Positions 20,072-31,022 are shown, counted from the stretch's first letter. The stretch is 64,000 bases of DNA from an uncultured delta proteobacterium (GCA_963810935.1 CAWEPK010000001.1:96001-160000), one strand, 5' to 3'. The notes: generated from the sequence alone by a model not told the origin. Numbers and translations: made by a program.

Positions 20072-22849
20072 TTACTTGCTTAAAGTCTTGCTCAACTCCC
20101 CCATCGCCTTGCCGAATTCTGCCCAGTCGCCTTTTTTCAATGCGTCCTCTGCCTGGCGTAGCTCTTTGCGCGCGCGGCCGAGGTAGTCTTCGGATGGACG
20201 GGCTGCGGGTGTGGCCGCTACCGTTCTCGCGGTTGCCCCGACCTCGGCCACAGTGGGAATACCGCTGAAAACGGACCGGATCGCGCCTTCCAAGGTCGGC
20301 TGCATCGCCACGCGGGTGCCATAGGCCGCGATTACCCGGATCAACTGCGGAATATTCACATCCTCGGCGATCAGGTAGACGGGCTCGACATAGAGAAAGG
20401 AGTTTTCGATGGGGATCACTAGGAGGTTACCCCGGATTACCCTGGAGCCCCTCTGGTCCCACAGCGAGAACTGCTGGGATATGGTCGGTTCCTGGTCGAT
20501 CATCGCCTCGACCTGCATGGGGCCATAAATGAGCCTTTCCTTGGGCAGCCTGTAGACGATGAGTCGGCCGTAGTCGGGCCGGTCGCAGACTGCGGCCATC
20601 CATGCCACCATGTTCTCCCTCTTGAATGGGGTCATGGGCAGCATGACGAGGAACTGTAGGTTCTGCTGGCCGGGCAGCCTGATGAGGGCGTAGTACGGGT
20701 CCATCGGTGAGACTTTGCCCGCGTACTTCTGGGTGGGCAGGGCCCAGACGTCTTCCCTGTTGTAGAAGACCCTCGGGTCCGTCATGTGGTAGATAACGAG
20801 CCTGTCCGTCTGGATGCGGAATATATCTTCGGGATACCGTATGTGCGCGGCCAATTCTTCGGGCATCTTCGACGCAGGCATGAAGGTGCCGGGGAATGCG
20901 CGGGCGTATGCCGCAAGCACAGGGTCGGCCGGGTCGCTTATGTATAACGTGACGGAGCCGTTGTATGCGTCAACGATCGCCTTCACCGAGTTGCGGATAT
21001 AGTTGAGCCTGCTGCTATAAGGGTCCGAGTACGGGTAGCGGGAGGAAGTCGTGTAGCAGTCCTGAATCCAGAAAAGTTTGCCGCCCGCAACGACCAGGTA
21101 TGGGTCCGGGTCGAGGGAGAGAAAGGGGACGATGCGGCTGACCCGCTCGCGCACCGTCCTGTAAAGCTGTACCCTGGAATCAGGCTTGATGTAGCCCGAT
21201 ATGAGGATATTGGAATCCATCAGCTCCCAGGCGAAGAGCAGCCTTTTCCAGAAACCGCCTATGGGGATGCCGCCCGTGCCAGCGTAGCTCGTGTAAACGT
21301 TCTTGTCCCCTTTGGGGTAGTCGAACTCCTCGACGCCCGTCTTCACTATGGAGTAGCCGCTCATATTTTCGCCGTAGTAGATGGACGGCCGGTCGATCTT
21401 GATGAGGGTCGATTCGGGCGGGACGTCTTTAACGATCATGCGGGGAAAGCCTTCCGGCGTGATCTCCGATACGTAGCTCATAGCGAGGCCGTAACCGTGG
21501 GTGAACTCGAGGTGCTGGTTGACCCACGTCTGGGCCTGCTGTAACACCTGGTCGGAGAGCTCCCTGGCGGATATCATCACCTGCCTGTAGCCCTCGCCCG
21601 GCAGTTGGTAGCGGTCTACGTCCACCTGGGAGAAGCGGTAATAGAGCCGCATCTCCTGCGTCTGCCTGTAAGTCTGGAGCACGGGCCTCCAGTCCCAGAG
21701 GCGGATATTTTTCAGCGTGTCCGAGTTGCGGGCGACAGAGGCGGTGGAAAGGTCGTCGCGTGCCGAAAAGGGTCGCTCCTCTACCTTGTCGAGCTGGTAT
21801 GCCTGCCTGGTCAAGGCGATGTTGTGCTCAAGGAAAGGCTTTTCCAGGGACAGCTCATTCGGCTGCACCACGTAAGACTGGATAATGGCCGGCAGGATGC
21901 CGAGGACGATCACCATCATGACGATGTAGCCGCCTACCCCCACCAGCACGGTCTTGATTGCCCTTTGCTTCAGGTTCCACAGGACGAGCGCAGCCAGGAG
22001 CGCGGTTGCGCCTACCATGATCCAGAGGCAGACCCGCACCACGTGGTAGTCCGTATAGCCCGCCCCGAAAACCGCCCCCCGCTTTTCATAGAGAAGGCCG
22101 AATATGGAGAGGTAGTGGCCCGTGCCCCAGACGGCCAGGAAGATGACGAAAAGGGCCGACAGGTGGACGAACATGCGGGTGTTCTTGAGCGAGTCGGGGG
22201 CGAGCCTTACCTGCCTGTACAGAAGGTAACCGACGAAGGTGATGGGGATGGCGAGAAACGTTATGCCTGAAAGGCTGCCCTGTATCGCCTCGTAGGCCGG
22301 CAGCTTGAAGATATAGAAGCCGATATCGCGCCCGAAAAGCGGGTCCACGCGGCCGAAAGCGCCTCCCCATAGGTATCTTAGGAAGGTGTCCCACGCGGAA
22401 GATATGCCCAGGGCGAAGATAAGGGCCGGAACGACCGCCATGACTATGGCGATGATGCCCGCCGGCCGGGCCCCCACGCGGAGCTCGTAGACGTCGGCCA
22501 TGTCTTCGCCCTGATACTGAATGAAGCCGCCCTTTTGCCTGCCCGCCGCGATCTTGAGGTTGATCCAGAGGTAGAGGAATACGAACGCCGCTGCGACGGC
22601 GAACAGCAGGACCTTAATCCAGATGAGGCCCAGGAAGAGGGGGCTGTAGCCCAGCTCGATCATCCAGAGCCAGTCCACCAGCCCGCCGGATGCTTTCGAC
22701 AGTATGGCCAGCAGGACGAAGAAGAGGATGAAGGCAACGAAGAACTTGATAACCCGTGGGTTCGGCATATTAACGCCGACCCCGCCCGTCCCGCCGCCGT
22801 GCACATCGCCACCATTACCCCGTTGCGAGAACGCCACCTTATCCTCCAA
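20072..22849 (-). CDS. UPF0182 family membrane protein
   Basis: DP.FG.DIGFY.F.LP, NIRLWD, YRQVM...REL, THGYG, NYIRNSVK and RGNLLVIP motifs. Confidence 0.92.
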   Translation of the reverse strand: MEDKVAFSQRGNGGDVHGGGTGGVGVNMPNPRVIKFFVAFILFFVLLAILSKASGGLVDWLWMIELGYSPLFLGLIWIKVLLFAVAAAFVFLYLWINLKIAAGRQKGGFIQYQGEDMADVYELRVGARPAGIIAIVMAVVPALIFALGISSAWDTFLRYLWGGAFGRVDPLFGRDIGFYIFKLPAYEAIQGSLSGITFLAIPITFVGYLLYRQVRLAPDSLKNTRMFVHLSALFVIFLAVWGTGHYLSIFGLLYEKRGAVFGAGYTDYHVVRVCLWIMVGATALLAALVLWNLKQRAIKTVLVGVGGYIVMMVIVLGILPAIIQSYVVQPNELSLEKPFLEHNIALTRQAYQLDKVEERPFSARDDLSTASVARNSDTLKNIRLWDWRPVLQTYRQTQEMRLYYRFSQVDVDRYQLPGEGYRQVMISARELSDQVLQQAQTWVNQHLEFTHGYGLAMSYVSEITPEGFPRMIVKDVPPESTLIKIDRPSIYYGENMSGYSIVKTGVEEFDYPKGDKNVYTSYAGTGGIPIGGFWKRLLFAWELMDSNILISGYIKPDSRVQLYRTVRERVSRIVPFLSLDPDPYLVVAGGKLFWIQDCYTTSSRYPYSDPYSSRLNYIRNSVKAIVDAYNGSVTLYISDPADPVLAAYARAFPGTFMPASKMPEELAAHIRYPEDIFRIQTDRLVIYHMTDPRVFYNREDVWALPTQKYAGKVSPMDPYYALIRLPGQQNLQFLVMLPMTPFKRENMVAWMAAVCDRPDYGRLIVYRLPKERLIYGPMQVEAMIDQEPTISQQFSLWDQRGSRVIRGNLLVIPIENSFLYVEPVYLIAEDVNIPQLIRVIAAYGTRVAMQPTLEGAIRSVFSGIPTVAEVGATARTVAATPAARPSEDYLGRARKELRQAEDALKKGDWAEFGKAMGELSKTLSK

Positions 22850-22920
22850 TGTTACGGCGAATTTGTTTCCTGTTGAATATTACGCCCTTACCGAATGCTT
22901 TGCAAGCATTCGGTAATTGG

Positions 22921-23046
22921 GGGCTTAGGCTCTTTTCGCGCCTAATGCGGGCGACCCTTCGGTGCAGCGTGCTCACGTACAACAGAAGTACGCTCCGCCG
23001 CGCGCCTTCAGGGTCTACGCATTATTCATCGAAAATAGCCTAAGCA
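22921..23046. repeat. Long imperfect hairpin repeat, family B
   Basis: GCTTAGGCT...AGCCTAAGC outer stem with core CTCACGTAC-loop-GTACGCTCCG. Confidence 0.7.
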
Positions 23047-24307
23047 CTTCTCACCTTTGCCCATACTTACTTTCGCGGACGAGCGCGCTTTCCTGACGTC
23101 CTCGCAGGTAGGCGCCCCGTCCTTGGGTGAAACCGTGTAGATGTCTGTAGCTATAAGAAAGTCCTTATATTCCGGTACCTTGGTCGTTACACCGGCGAAC
23201 GTGGGGAGAAGCACCTGGTGGTCGCATGCCCGCAGCTCCAGGCGGCCCGCCGGCGTCTTCTCCAACACCATGCCTTCAAGGGCATCGACGAACTTCTCGT
23301 TGTTATATTTCCCGCCCAGCTTTTCGAGCGCCTTTATGATGAACTGGCCGGCCACGTAGCCGTTGAAGGACGGCATGGTCGGGTACTTGCCGAAGAGCTT
23401 GTTATATTCCGCCGCGAATGCTTTGTTCTCCGGCGTCTGCGGGAAATAGAAAAGGTAATTCGCCGTCCCGAGCACGCCCTCAGGGGCCTCCAGGCCGTTG
23501 GCCGCGAGCATCGTGTGGTCGATGGCCGTGTGGATGTAAATCGGGATCGCCTTCGCGAGCCCCGTCGCCTTGGCCGCTTTCAGGAAACCTATGATGCTCG
23601 ACCCGGCGCAGCCGAGAATGATGAAATCGGGCTTGGCCGACATCCACTGGGTTATATAAGGGCCGAAATCAGGCTCTCCGACCTTCCACCACGTCGTGCC
23701 CATCAGTTGCACGTTCGGCTTCTGGGCCTTCAGGTAGGTCCATACGGCGCTTGTTATGGCGTGGCCGTACTCCATGTCGTCGCCGGCGATCCAGTACTTG
23801 ACGTAAGGCTTCTTCGCCAGGACGTGGGCCGCCGCCTTGCCGGCCATGGTGCTGTTCTCGTCTATCTCGAAGACGTAGCGGTGGCCTTTCTCGCCCGTGA
23901 TCTTTTCGCTCTTCGCCCCCGTGTTCAGAAAAGGCGCCTTCTCTCTTTTTGCGAACTCGGAGACGGCGAGGGTCGACGCGCTGCTGATGGTGCCGAGCAG
24001 TATGTCCACCCGCTCCTTCATGACCAGCTCTTTCGCCATCGCCAGCGAGATGTCCGGCTTGAACTTGTCGTCCCTGGTCACGAACTCGATCTTCGTGCCG
24101 TTGACGCCGCCTTTCGCGTTCACCGCGTTGATAGCCATCTTGAAGCCGTTCAGGTTATCGATGCTCATCGGCGCAGCGCCGCCGCTGTATGCGTCTATGA
24201 TCCCCACCTTCAATACGCCCGGCGCGGCCTGGCCCGTCCCGCACATCACAAAGAGTACCCGCCAGGACGAACGTCGCAATTACAAGCCAACCTCTCCATT
24301 GCCTCAT
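23026..24307 (-). CDS. Branched-chain/aromatic-type ABC substrate-binding protein; +1 frameshift in the signal peptide near 24260, true stop possibly at 23067
   Basis: INAVNAKGGVNG, RDD and R.CDHQ motifs. RBS plus ATG at 24307 gives signal MRQWRGWLVIATFVLA/VLFVMCGTGQA after removing one G. Confidence 0.85.
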
Positions 24308-24793
24308 AAAACACCCCCTTTAAGCTGCTATGTGCCTCATGTGGTTATGGTGTCAGGAAGATAAATGGAAAAAACCCCGATGGATGCCGTCTTGATCCCC
24401 CTTACCGCAAACCGCGATCCCCGTCAGCCACCATGACCGATGGCGCATGAGCGATTGTACCACTGAAGGGGGCGGGGAGGCGAGGGAAATTTGGGGATGG
24501 GCGGCCGGATGACTACCGAATTAGCGGAAGGGCTATGGGCCGAAACCGACACATCCTTGAGTGGCCGTACTTCACGCGCCACACGCTCGGACAATGCGTC
24601 CTCAGCAATATCCATATCATACCGGATCATACCGGCTTAACAGCAACGCGGGCGCGCCATTTGTCGTTAATGCGCCTTGCATACCCCATCACGTAGATTT
24701 ATGAGAAAAGCAGCCTGTCCCCTTTTCGTTCCCTTTTCATCCCCGGGCAATAAGTTACAGAAGTTACCTTCGTCCACCATCTGCCTTAGCAGC

Positions 24794-25630
24794 CTATTTA
24801 GGCGTCTCGGGCAATTGTTCTATCGTCTCCTTTATAAAGATGGCAGGGACGACTCCGGCAAGTCCTAACATATGCCGCTCCAGGCGCTTTTCTCTGAGGC
24901 TTTCAACTTGTTCTTCGGCGAATCTTTGTTCTGAGACGAGCCCCATAATAGCTTGTATGGGGCCCAACTGCATCGCATCCTGATAGCCTCTAATCGACTC
25001 AGCAAAATAGACTGGACCACCACTGTTGCCCTCAAAAACATTAAAATCAAACAGAAAGGTTTTGACTGATTTCATTGGAATGAGAGGAAAACTGGCGATT
25101 TGTCCACTTCTCAAAATCGGAAAACCAGCGTCATTAGCCGCATTTAACAGTGGAAAACCCAAGCAGGATAGGCGGTCTCCTGGATGAATCTGCCATCGTT
25201 GGAGTAATTCGTCAGTTGCAAGATAACTCATGCCAATCAGTTGGAGATCAATTTCGCGTGGCAGAGAAACATACATTACCGCCACATCCATGCTCGAATG
25301 CTGGACCCAAAGCGGGGTCGAACCGCGACGAATCTGGATCGGGTGCAGCACTTTAAGAAAAGAGTCGCCTGTACGTTTTCGGAGAACAAGTGTGGCCGTG
25401 TCTCCTTTCATTCTGTTCAAGACATGGGCCGCAGTAACCAAAACGGCGTAGCTCCGACCCTTGGCCTCTTTTGTCGGTTTCCCGATGATGAACGCAGTGC
25501 CCGTTGAATTCTCTCCTGTCAGCATGAAGGTTGACAGCATCAAAGTCGTATTAATATCTGGAGTCTCCTCAGAACAGGCAAGAACGGGACTACATAGAAC
25601 GACAATGATGAGTAGCACCCATTGTTTCAT
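24794..25630 (-). CDS. Secreted trypsin-like (S1) serine protease
   Basis: Catalytic triad contexts VTAAHV, MDVAV and GNSGGP, plus a signal peptide. Confidence 0.88.
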   Translation of the reverse strand: MKQWVLLIIVVLCSPVLACSEETPDINTTLMLSTFMLTGENSTGTAFIIGKPTKEAKGRSYAVLVTAAHVLNRMKGDTATLVLRKRTGDSFLKVLHPIQIRRGSTPLWVQHSSMDVAVMYVSLPREIDLQLIGMSYLATDELLQRWQIHPGDRLSCLGFPLLNAANDAGFPILRSGQIASFPLIPMKSVKTFLFDFNVFEGNSGGPVYFAESIRGYQDAMQLGPIQAIMGLVSEQRFAEEQVESLREKRLERHMLGLAGVVPAIFIKETIEQLPETPK

Positions 25631-25942
25631 TGAACTCCCCCATGCTAACAACTCTTAATTTACCTCTTAAAGAGTAACAATAGAGAGAAGAGACGCTCTT
25701 AAGAAAACAATAAATAACTTGCCTCTCAGCCCTTTCTCCAGTAACTCATACTCCCCGTTCTCGCAATCATAACCGATTGTAGCACCTGTTATCGGTTCGG
25801 TCGAGCAAAATATTGCTCTTCAAGAATAACCGGGTGAGCATCATGGCCGTAAACGGAGACCTTACCGATATAACTGACGTAATCTAACAGGCCGGAAGGA
25901 TTATTGGAAACCCGATGCGCCCGTAGTCGGCAAACCGTCGAA

Positions 25943-26091
25943 CGGGGCCGGGGTGGGCCGGAGGAAATTGCGATGGATTTCGCGTTGCTTTTCGAAGAAG
26001 CGAGCCGCAGCATACGTATCGTGTATGTGAGGACTCGTGCCGAGAAAACGGCGCGAAAGGCGCGCAATTAACCCGGTCCACCCCGGCCCCC
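25943..26091. repeat. Long imperfect hairpin repeat, family B
   Basis: 18-bp terminal inverted repeat GGGGCCGGGGTGG(G/A)CCGG. Minus-strand core CTCACATAC-loop-GTATGCTGCG. Confidence 0.7.
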
Positions 26092-26094
26092 CTG

Positions 26095-26862
26095 TTAGCC
26101 GAAGCGTCCTGTGATGTACTCCTCGGTTTTTTCATGCCTGGGTGACGTAAATACGTCTGCTGTTTTTCCGAATTCCAGCAGCTCTCCCAGCAGCATGAAG
26201 CCTGTATAGTCGGAGGCGCGTGCGGCTTGCTGCATGTTGTGTGTCACTATCAGTATCGTATAATCCTTCTTCAGCTCTTCCATCAGCTCTTCGACGCGCA
26301 TCGTCGCTATCGGGTCGAGGGCCGAGCACGGCTCGTCGAGTAGGATTATCTCAGGCTCTATCGTTAGGAGCCGCGCTATGCAGAGCCTCTGTTTCGTCTC
26401 TTCGGATAGAAGGAGCGCAGGCTGCTTCATACTGTCTTTCAGGTCGTCCCACAGGCCAACCGCCTGCAGGCACCGCTCCACCACCTCGTGCCGCCTCTTC
26501 CTTATGCCGTGGACGGCCAGGCCGTAGACCATGTTTTCCCATATGGAGAAGGGGAAGGGGTTCGGCCTCTGGAAGACCATGCCTACCCTGCGCCGCAGGT
26601 CGATGATGTCCATCGTCTCGATAGATGCGCCGTCGATCGTGATGTCGCCCTCTATGGTGACGCCGTCCACCAGGTCGTTCATCCTGTTGAAGCAGCGCAG
26701 GAGCGTCGATTTCCCGCAGCCCGACGGGCCTATAAGAGAGGTGATGGAGTTCTTATACACCTGGAAATCGACGCCTTTGAGCGCGTGAAAGAGGCCGTAA
26801 TGCAGGTTCAGCCCTTTCGTGCGCAGCGCAGTCTGCAAGCCTGTTGAAAAGTCTTCTCTCAT
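26095..26862 (-). CDS. pstB: Phosphate ABC transporter ATP-binding protein
   Basis: GPSGCGKST, GMVFQRPNPFP, DEPCSALDPI and YITGRFG motifs. Confidence 0.93.
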   Translation of the reverse strand: MREDFSTGLQTALRTKGLNLHYGLFHALKGVDFQVYKNSITSLIGPSGCGKSTLLRCFNRMNDLVDGVTIEGDITIDGASIETMDIIDLRRRVGMVFQRPNPFPFSIWENMVYGLAVHGIRKRRHEVVERCLQAVGLWDDLKDSMKQPALLLSEETKQRLCIARLLTIEPEIILLDEPCSALDPIATMRVEELMEELKKDYTILIVTHNMQQAARASDYTGFMLLGELLEFGKTADVFTSPRHEKTEEYITGRFG

Positions 26863-27620
26863 CCGAATTTCCCCAGCACGTAATCCTCGGTCAGCTTGTG
26901 CTCCGGCTTCGTGAAGACGTTAACGGCCCGGCCGAACTCGATGAGCTTGCCCATATAGAAAAAGGCGACGAAATCGGACGCCCTGGCAATCTGCTTCGTG
27001 TTGTTCGAGACGAGGATGATGGTATGGTACGTCTTAAGCTCCGATATGGCCTCTTCGATCTTGGCCGTGGAGATGGGGTCGAGGCCGGAGCACGGCTCGT
27101 CGAGCAGGATGATCTCCGGCTGCAAAGCCAGCGTGCGCGCCAGGCAGAGCCTTTGCTGCTGGCCGCCCGAAAGCTTAAGGGCCGATTCGCTCAGCCTGTT
27201 TTTCACCTCATCCCATAGGAACGCTTTCTTGAGGCTTTCCTCGACGATGGCGTGAAGCTCCGAGCGCTTGTTGACGCCCTTCAGGCGCGACCCGAAGGCG
27301 ACGTTCTCGAAAATGGAGCGGGGCAGGGGGATGGGCGTGGCGAAGACGGTGCCCACCTTTTTCCGCAGGGCCGTGTCATCGGTCTTGTCAGAGAGCAACC
27401 CGAAGCCCTCGACATAGACCTCGCCTTCGAAGCTGCCGTTGTCCTCGAAGTTTATCAGGCCGTTGATGACAGAGATAAAGGACGATTTGCCGCTCGCGGA
27501 CGGCCCCATGAGGCCGAGCACGGATTTCTCGTAGACGTCGAGGTCTACCGATTTGAGCGCCTCCTTTTTGTCGAAGCGGACGCTCAGGTTTCTGACCCGT
27601 ATCTTCGTATTGTGCTGCAT
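26859..27620 (-). CDS. pstB: Phosphate ABC transporter ATP-binding protein (second copy)
   Basis: GPSASGKS, LSGGQQQRLC and GKFG motifs. Start at MQHNTK. Confidence 0.9.
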   Translation of the reverse strand: MQHNTKIRVRNLSVRFDKKEALKSVDLDVYEKSVLGLMGPSASGKSSFISVINGLINFEDNGSFEGEVYVEGFGLLSDKTDDTALRKKVGTVFATPIPLPRSIFENVAFGSRLKGVNKRSELHAIVEESLKKAFLWDEVKNRLSESALKLSGGQQQRLCLARTLALQPEIILLDEPCSGLDPISTAKIEEAISELKTYHTIILVSNNTKQIARASDFVAFFYMGKLIEFGRAVNVFTKPEHKLTEDYVLGKFG

Positions 27621-28456
27621 CAGGAATACCTGGCTATCATCCTGTGCATGATCCAGTACGCCAGGACGTTGATGATGAGAATGGAGAAGACGAGGACGAG
27701 GGCGGTAGCGTAAGCTTTTTCCATGGAGATGCCCTCTCTGGCGAGGATGTAAAAGTGGACGGCCATCGTCCTGCCCGAGTCCATTATGCTCGCGGGCAGC
27801 CGGAGCGAGCTGCCCATAGTGAAGATGACTGCGGCCGTCTCGCTCACCGCCCTGCCTATGCTCAGCATTATGCCCGTGAGGATGCCGGGGGCCGCGGAAG
27901 GCAGTATGACGCGGGTCACCGTCTCCCACTTCGTCGCGCCGAGAGAGAAACTGACCGTGCGCAGGTTCTTCGGGACCGCTTTAATGGCCTCCTCGCTTGT
28001 CCTGATGATCGTCGGCAGCACCATTATCGCGATGGTCAGGGTGCCCGACAGAAGCGACCAGCCCATCTTGAGCTTGATGACGAAAAATATGAAGCCGAAC
28101 AGGCCGTAAATGATCGAAGGTATGCCTGCAAGCGATTCTACGCCGAAGCGGATCACGCGGGTCAGGTTAGATTCCCTCGTGTACTCGGTGAGATATATCG
28201 CAGTGCCGATGCCGAGAGGCGTGGCGAAGGCTATCGAAAGGACGCCGAGGAAGAGCGTGCCCACGATGGAGGGGAAAATGCCGCCGAGCCTGCCCATATC
28301 TTCCGGGTAGGAGAAGATGAATTCCGTCGTGACGTAAGGGAAGCCCTTGACGAAGATGACAAGGACTATCGCGACCAGGATGGCAACAGTGAAGATAGCC
28401 TGGGCGCTGAAAGCCACCCGCATCGCCTTGTCGGTAATCCTCGGAGGCACCCTCAC
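27620..28456 (-). CDS. pstA: Phosphate ABC permease
   Basis: GGIFPSIVGT and LAGIPSIIYGLFG motifs. GTG start overlaps the pstC stop. Confidence 0.92.
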   Translation of the reverse strand: MRVPPRITDKAMRVAFSAQAIFTVAILVAIVLVIFVKGFPYVTTEFIFSYPEDMGRLGGIFPSIVGTLFLGVLSIAFATPLGIGTAIYLTEYTRESNLTRVIRFGVESLAGIPSIIYGLFGFIFFVIKLKMGWSLLSGTLTIAIMVLPTIIRTSEEAIKAVPKNLRTVSFSLGATKWETVTRVILPSAAPGILTGIMLSIGRAVSETAAVIFTMGSSLRLPASIMDSGRTMAVHFYILAREGISMEKAYATALVLVFSILIINVLAYWIMHRMIARYS

Positions 28457-29316
28457 TTTGCGACCCTCCTCTTCACCCAGAAATTTGCGAGAAGGTTCAG
28501 GCTCATGATGATCACGAGGAGGACGACGCCGGTGGAGAAGAGGGACTCCCTGTGGTCTCCCGTTGCATATGCCAGCTCGAGGGCGATATTGCTCGTGAGG
28601 GTGCGCAGCGGGTCGGTAAGGCTCGTGGGTATCTTGAGGGCGTTGCCGGCGACCATGATAACTGCCATCGTTTCCCCGACTGCCCGTCCCATGCCGAGTA
28701 TGAAGCTTGCGAGGATGCCGGAGCGCGCGGCCGGCAGCACGATCCTGTAAACCGTCTGCCATTTCGTCGCTCCCATGGCGAAGGAGCCCTCCCGGAAAGC
28801 AGGCGGGACGGTCATGAGCGAGTCGAAGGAGATGCTCGTAATCGTGGGGAGTATCATGATCCCGAGGACTACCGAGGTGGAGAGTATCGAGAAACCGGAA
28901 CCTCCGAGGTATTCACGGATAAGCGGCACGATATAGATGACTCCCAGAAAGCCGTAGACGACCGAGGGTATGCCGGCGAGCAGCTCCAGAGACGGCTTCA
29001 GCACTATTTTTGTTTTCTTCCCGGCGTATTCCGAAAGGTAGACTGCGCACGCAAGGGCGAGGGGGGCGCCCACGATGAGCGCGCCGAAGGTGACCATGAA
29101 TGATGAGATGATCATGGGGAAAATGCCGAAGAACCCCTTGGTCGGCGCCCACTTCATGCCGAACACGATATTTCTGACCCCTACCTTATAAAAAAGCGGC
29201 AGCCCTTCCGTCAGGATGAAGAGGAAAATTATAAAAAGAAAAAGCAGGGACGAGAGGGCGAAGAGGATAAGCACGAGCCTGATGAAGTTTTCCTTGCCGA
29301 ACGCTTTCTTATTCAT
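28453..29316 (-). CDS. pstC: Phosphate ABC permease
   Basis: ELLAGIPSVVYG and GRAVGETMAVIMVAGN motifs. Confidence 0.95.
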   Translation of the reverse strand: MNKKAFGKENFIRLVLILFALSSLLFLFIIFLFILTEGLPLFYKVGVRNIVFGMKWAPTKGFFGIFPMIISSFMVTFGALIVGAPLALACAVYLSEYAGKKTKIVLKPSLELLAGIPSVVYGFLGVIYIVPLIREYLGGSGFSILSTSVVLGIMILPTITSISFDSLMTVPPAFREGSFAMGATKWQTVYRIVLPAARSGILASFILGMGRAVGETMAVIMVAGNALKIPTSLTDPLRTLTSNIALELAYATGDHRESLFSTGVVLLVIIMSLNLLANFWVKRRVAK

Positions 29317-30124
29317 TAATCGGAATGAGACCTTCCTTTTTCAGTATCTGCTGCCCTTCTCTGGAAAGCACATAAGCCATAAAAAAACCCGCCGCCGCGC
29401 CGGGCTCTCCTTTTGTCAGGTAGAGGAACGGCCTGACGATGCGGTATTTCCCGCTCATTATATTGGCGGCCGTTGCGTCCACACGATCGACGGCGACAGC
29501 CTTCACCTTGCTGTCTAATACCCCCAAAGAGATATACCCGATGGCGTAGGGGTCGGTTGCGACGACCTCCTTGACCGAGCCGTTCGAGTCCTGCACCATC
29601 GTGCTGTCGTCGATGCCCGTCTTGCCCATCACCAGCTCTTCGAAAGCGCCCCGCGTGCCGGACCCTTCTTCCCTGGTCACGGTGTCTATGTTCCTGTCTA
29701 TCCAGCCCAGAGATTTCCAGTTTTTGAGCTTCCCGCTGTAAAGGTCCCTTATCTGCTCTAAGGTTATGTTCCTCATCGGGTTTGCCGGATTAACGACGAT
29801 GGCTATCCCGTCGTGGCATATGACCGTTTGCTTCAGAATCAGCTCGTCGCCTTTCAGCTCCCTGGAAGACATGCCGATACCCACGGTTCCGTTGACGCAG
29901 GCCTGGATGCCTGCCGACGAGCCCCCGCCCTGTACGTTGACCGTTATGCGCGGGTGCTCGATCTTGAAGTGCTCGGCCAGTTTTTCGGTGAAAGGCATGA
30001 CTGACGTCGAGCCTGCTACAGTGACCGTGCTGCGGGCTTTTGAGGCGCCCTCCGCCTGGCCGTTGCAGGCGAGCAGACAGGGCACGAGTAAGAGAAGAAG
30101 CAGACTGCCGAACGCAATTCTCAT
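29309..30124 (-). CDS. pstS: Phosphate-binding lipoprotein
   Basis: Lipobox LLAC. AGSTSV, GGGSSAG and REEGSGTR motifs. Confidence 0.92.
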   Translation of the reverse strand: MRIAFGSLLLLLLVPCLLACNGQAEGASKARSTVTVAGSTSVMPFTEKLAEHFKIEHPRITVNVQGGGSSAGIQACVNGTVGIGMSSRELKGDELILKQTVICHDGIAIVVNPANPMRNITLEQIRDLYSGKLKNWKSLGWIDRNIDTVTREEGSGTRGAFEELVMGKTGIDDSTMVQDSNGSVKEVVATDPYAIGYISLGVLDSKVKAVAVDRVDATAANIMSGKYRIVRPFLYLTKGEPGAAAGFFMAYVLSREGQQILKKEGLIPINE

Positions 30125-30809
30125 AAGGAGTCTGACGGGTTGCTTCAGGTGCCTGATTATCTTTCCGTCCACCAGGAATATGACCAGCTCGGCGATGTTG
30201 ACCGCGTGATCGGCCAGTCTTTCGAGATATTTGCCTATGAAGAGCAGCCTGGTGGCGCGTGAGATGGTCTTCAGGTCCTCTGACATATAGGTCAGCAGGC
30301 TCGCGGAAGACCTGCTCTGTAACATGGTCCACCTTCTCGTCGTCGCTCATGACCTTCGACGCCAGACGCGTGTCTTCCTTCACGAACGCCTCAAGCGATT
30401 CTTTCACCATAGTCTGGGCGATCTCGGCCACGTGAGGCAGGTCGATATACGGCTTCAACTGGGGCTCCAGGTTCAGGTCGAGCACCCGCTCGCAAACGTT
30501 GACCGCCATGTCCCCCATGCGCTCAAGGTCGTAGTTGATCTTTATAGCAGTCGTGATGAATCGAAGGTCCTTTGCCGCAGGCTGCCTGAGGGCGAGCAGC
30601 TTCAGGCAAAACTCCTCTATCTCGACCTCGTTCCTGTTTATGTCGTCATCGTCAGCGATTACGCGTCTCGCCAGCTCGGAGTCCCTGTTTTGCAGGGCAT
30701 CGATGGCATTGCGCACTGCCTTCTCGACAAGCGACCCTTCAAAAAGGATCTTTGCCTTCAGCTCCCTAAGCTCTTCATCGAAAAGCTTGTAAATATGTCC
30801 CTCGATCAA
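30121..30809 (-). CDS. phoU: Phosphate uptake regulator PhoU, +1 frameshifts near 30299 and probably near 30139
   Basis: LRQPAAKDLR and DLERMGD in one frame, KYLERLADHAVNIAE in the next. Confidence 0.9.
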
Positions 30810-30931
30810 TAGTTATGCCCTCCCCACCCAATTATAGAATGTTTTCGTACGGGACACAATAGCGCCGATAACCGGGCTGGGCTGACCCACCGATCTAATC
30901 GTGAAAAACCGTGCCGCCGTGTCCCTTTCTC

Positions 30932-30980
30932 TTTATGAGGGGGCGACCGGGTACCCGCTGCGGGTGTCCCGGTAATTGGC
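30932..30980 (+). repeat. REP-like hairpin repeat, family A (short variant)
   Basis: TTTATGAGGGGGCGAC...CCGGTAATTGG, with flanks shared with the 5603 copy. Confidence 0.6.
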
Positions 30981-30993
30981 CCGTTCACATCGC

Positions 30994-31022
30994 TTGACAC
31001 AACGGCGCCAATTTTGTATACA
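30994..31022 (+). promoter_or_regulatory. Putative sigma70 promoter
   Basis: TTGACA-17bp-TATACA upstream of the leader peptide. Confidence 0.55.

Noticed and set aside
24635..24672. attC-like GCTTAAC...GTTAATG hairpin near the protease
   Set aside because: Only about 38 nt, too short for attC. No integron integrase or cassette array.
29309..30325. Apparent in-frame PhoU-PstS fusion
   Set aside because: Removing one C in the CCC run near 30139 ends PhoU as KQPSDSL* with an ATGA overlap onto the pstS start. This fits the window-wide +1 insertion errors, and PstS keeps its own lipoprotein signal.
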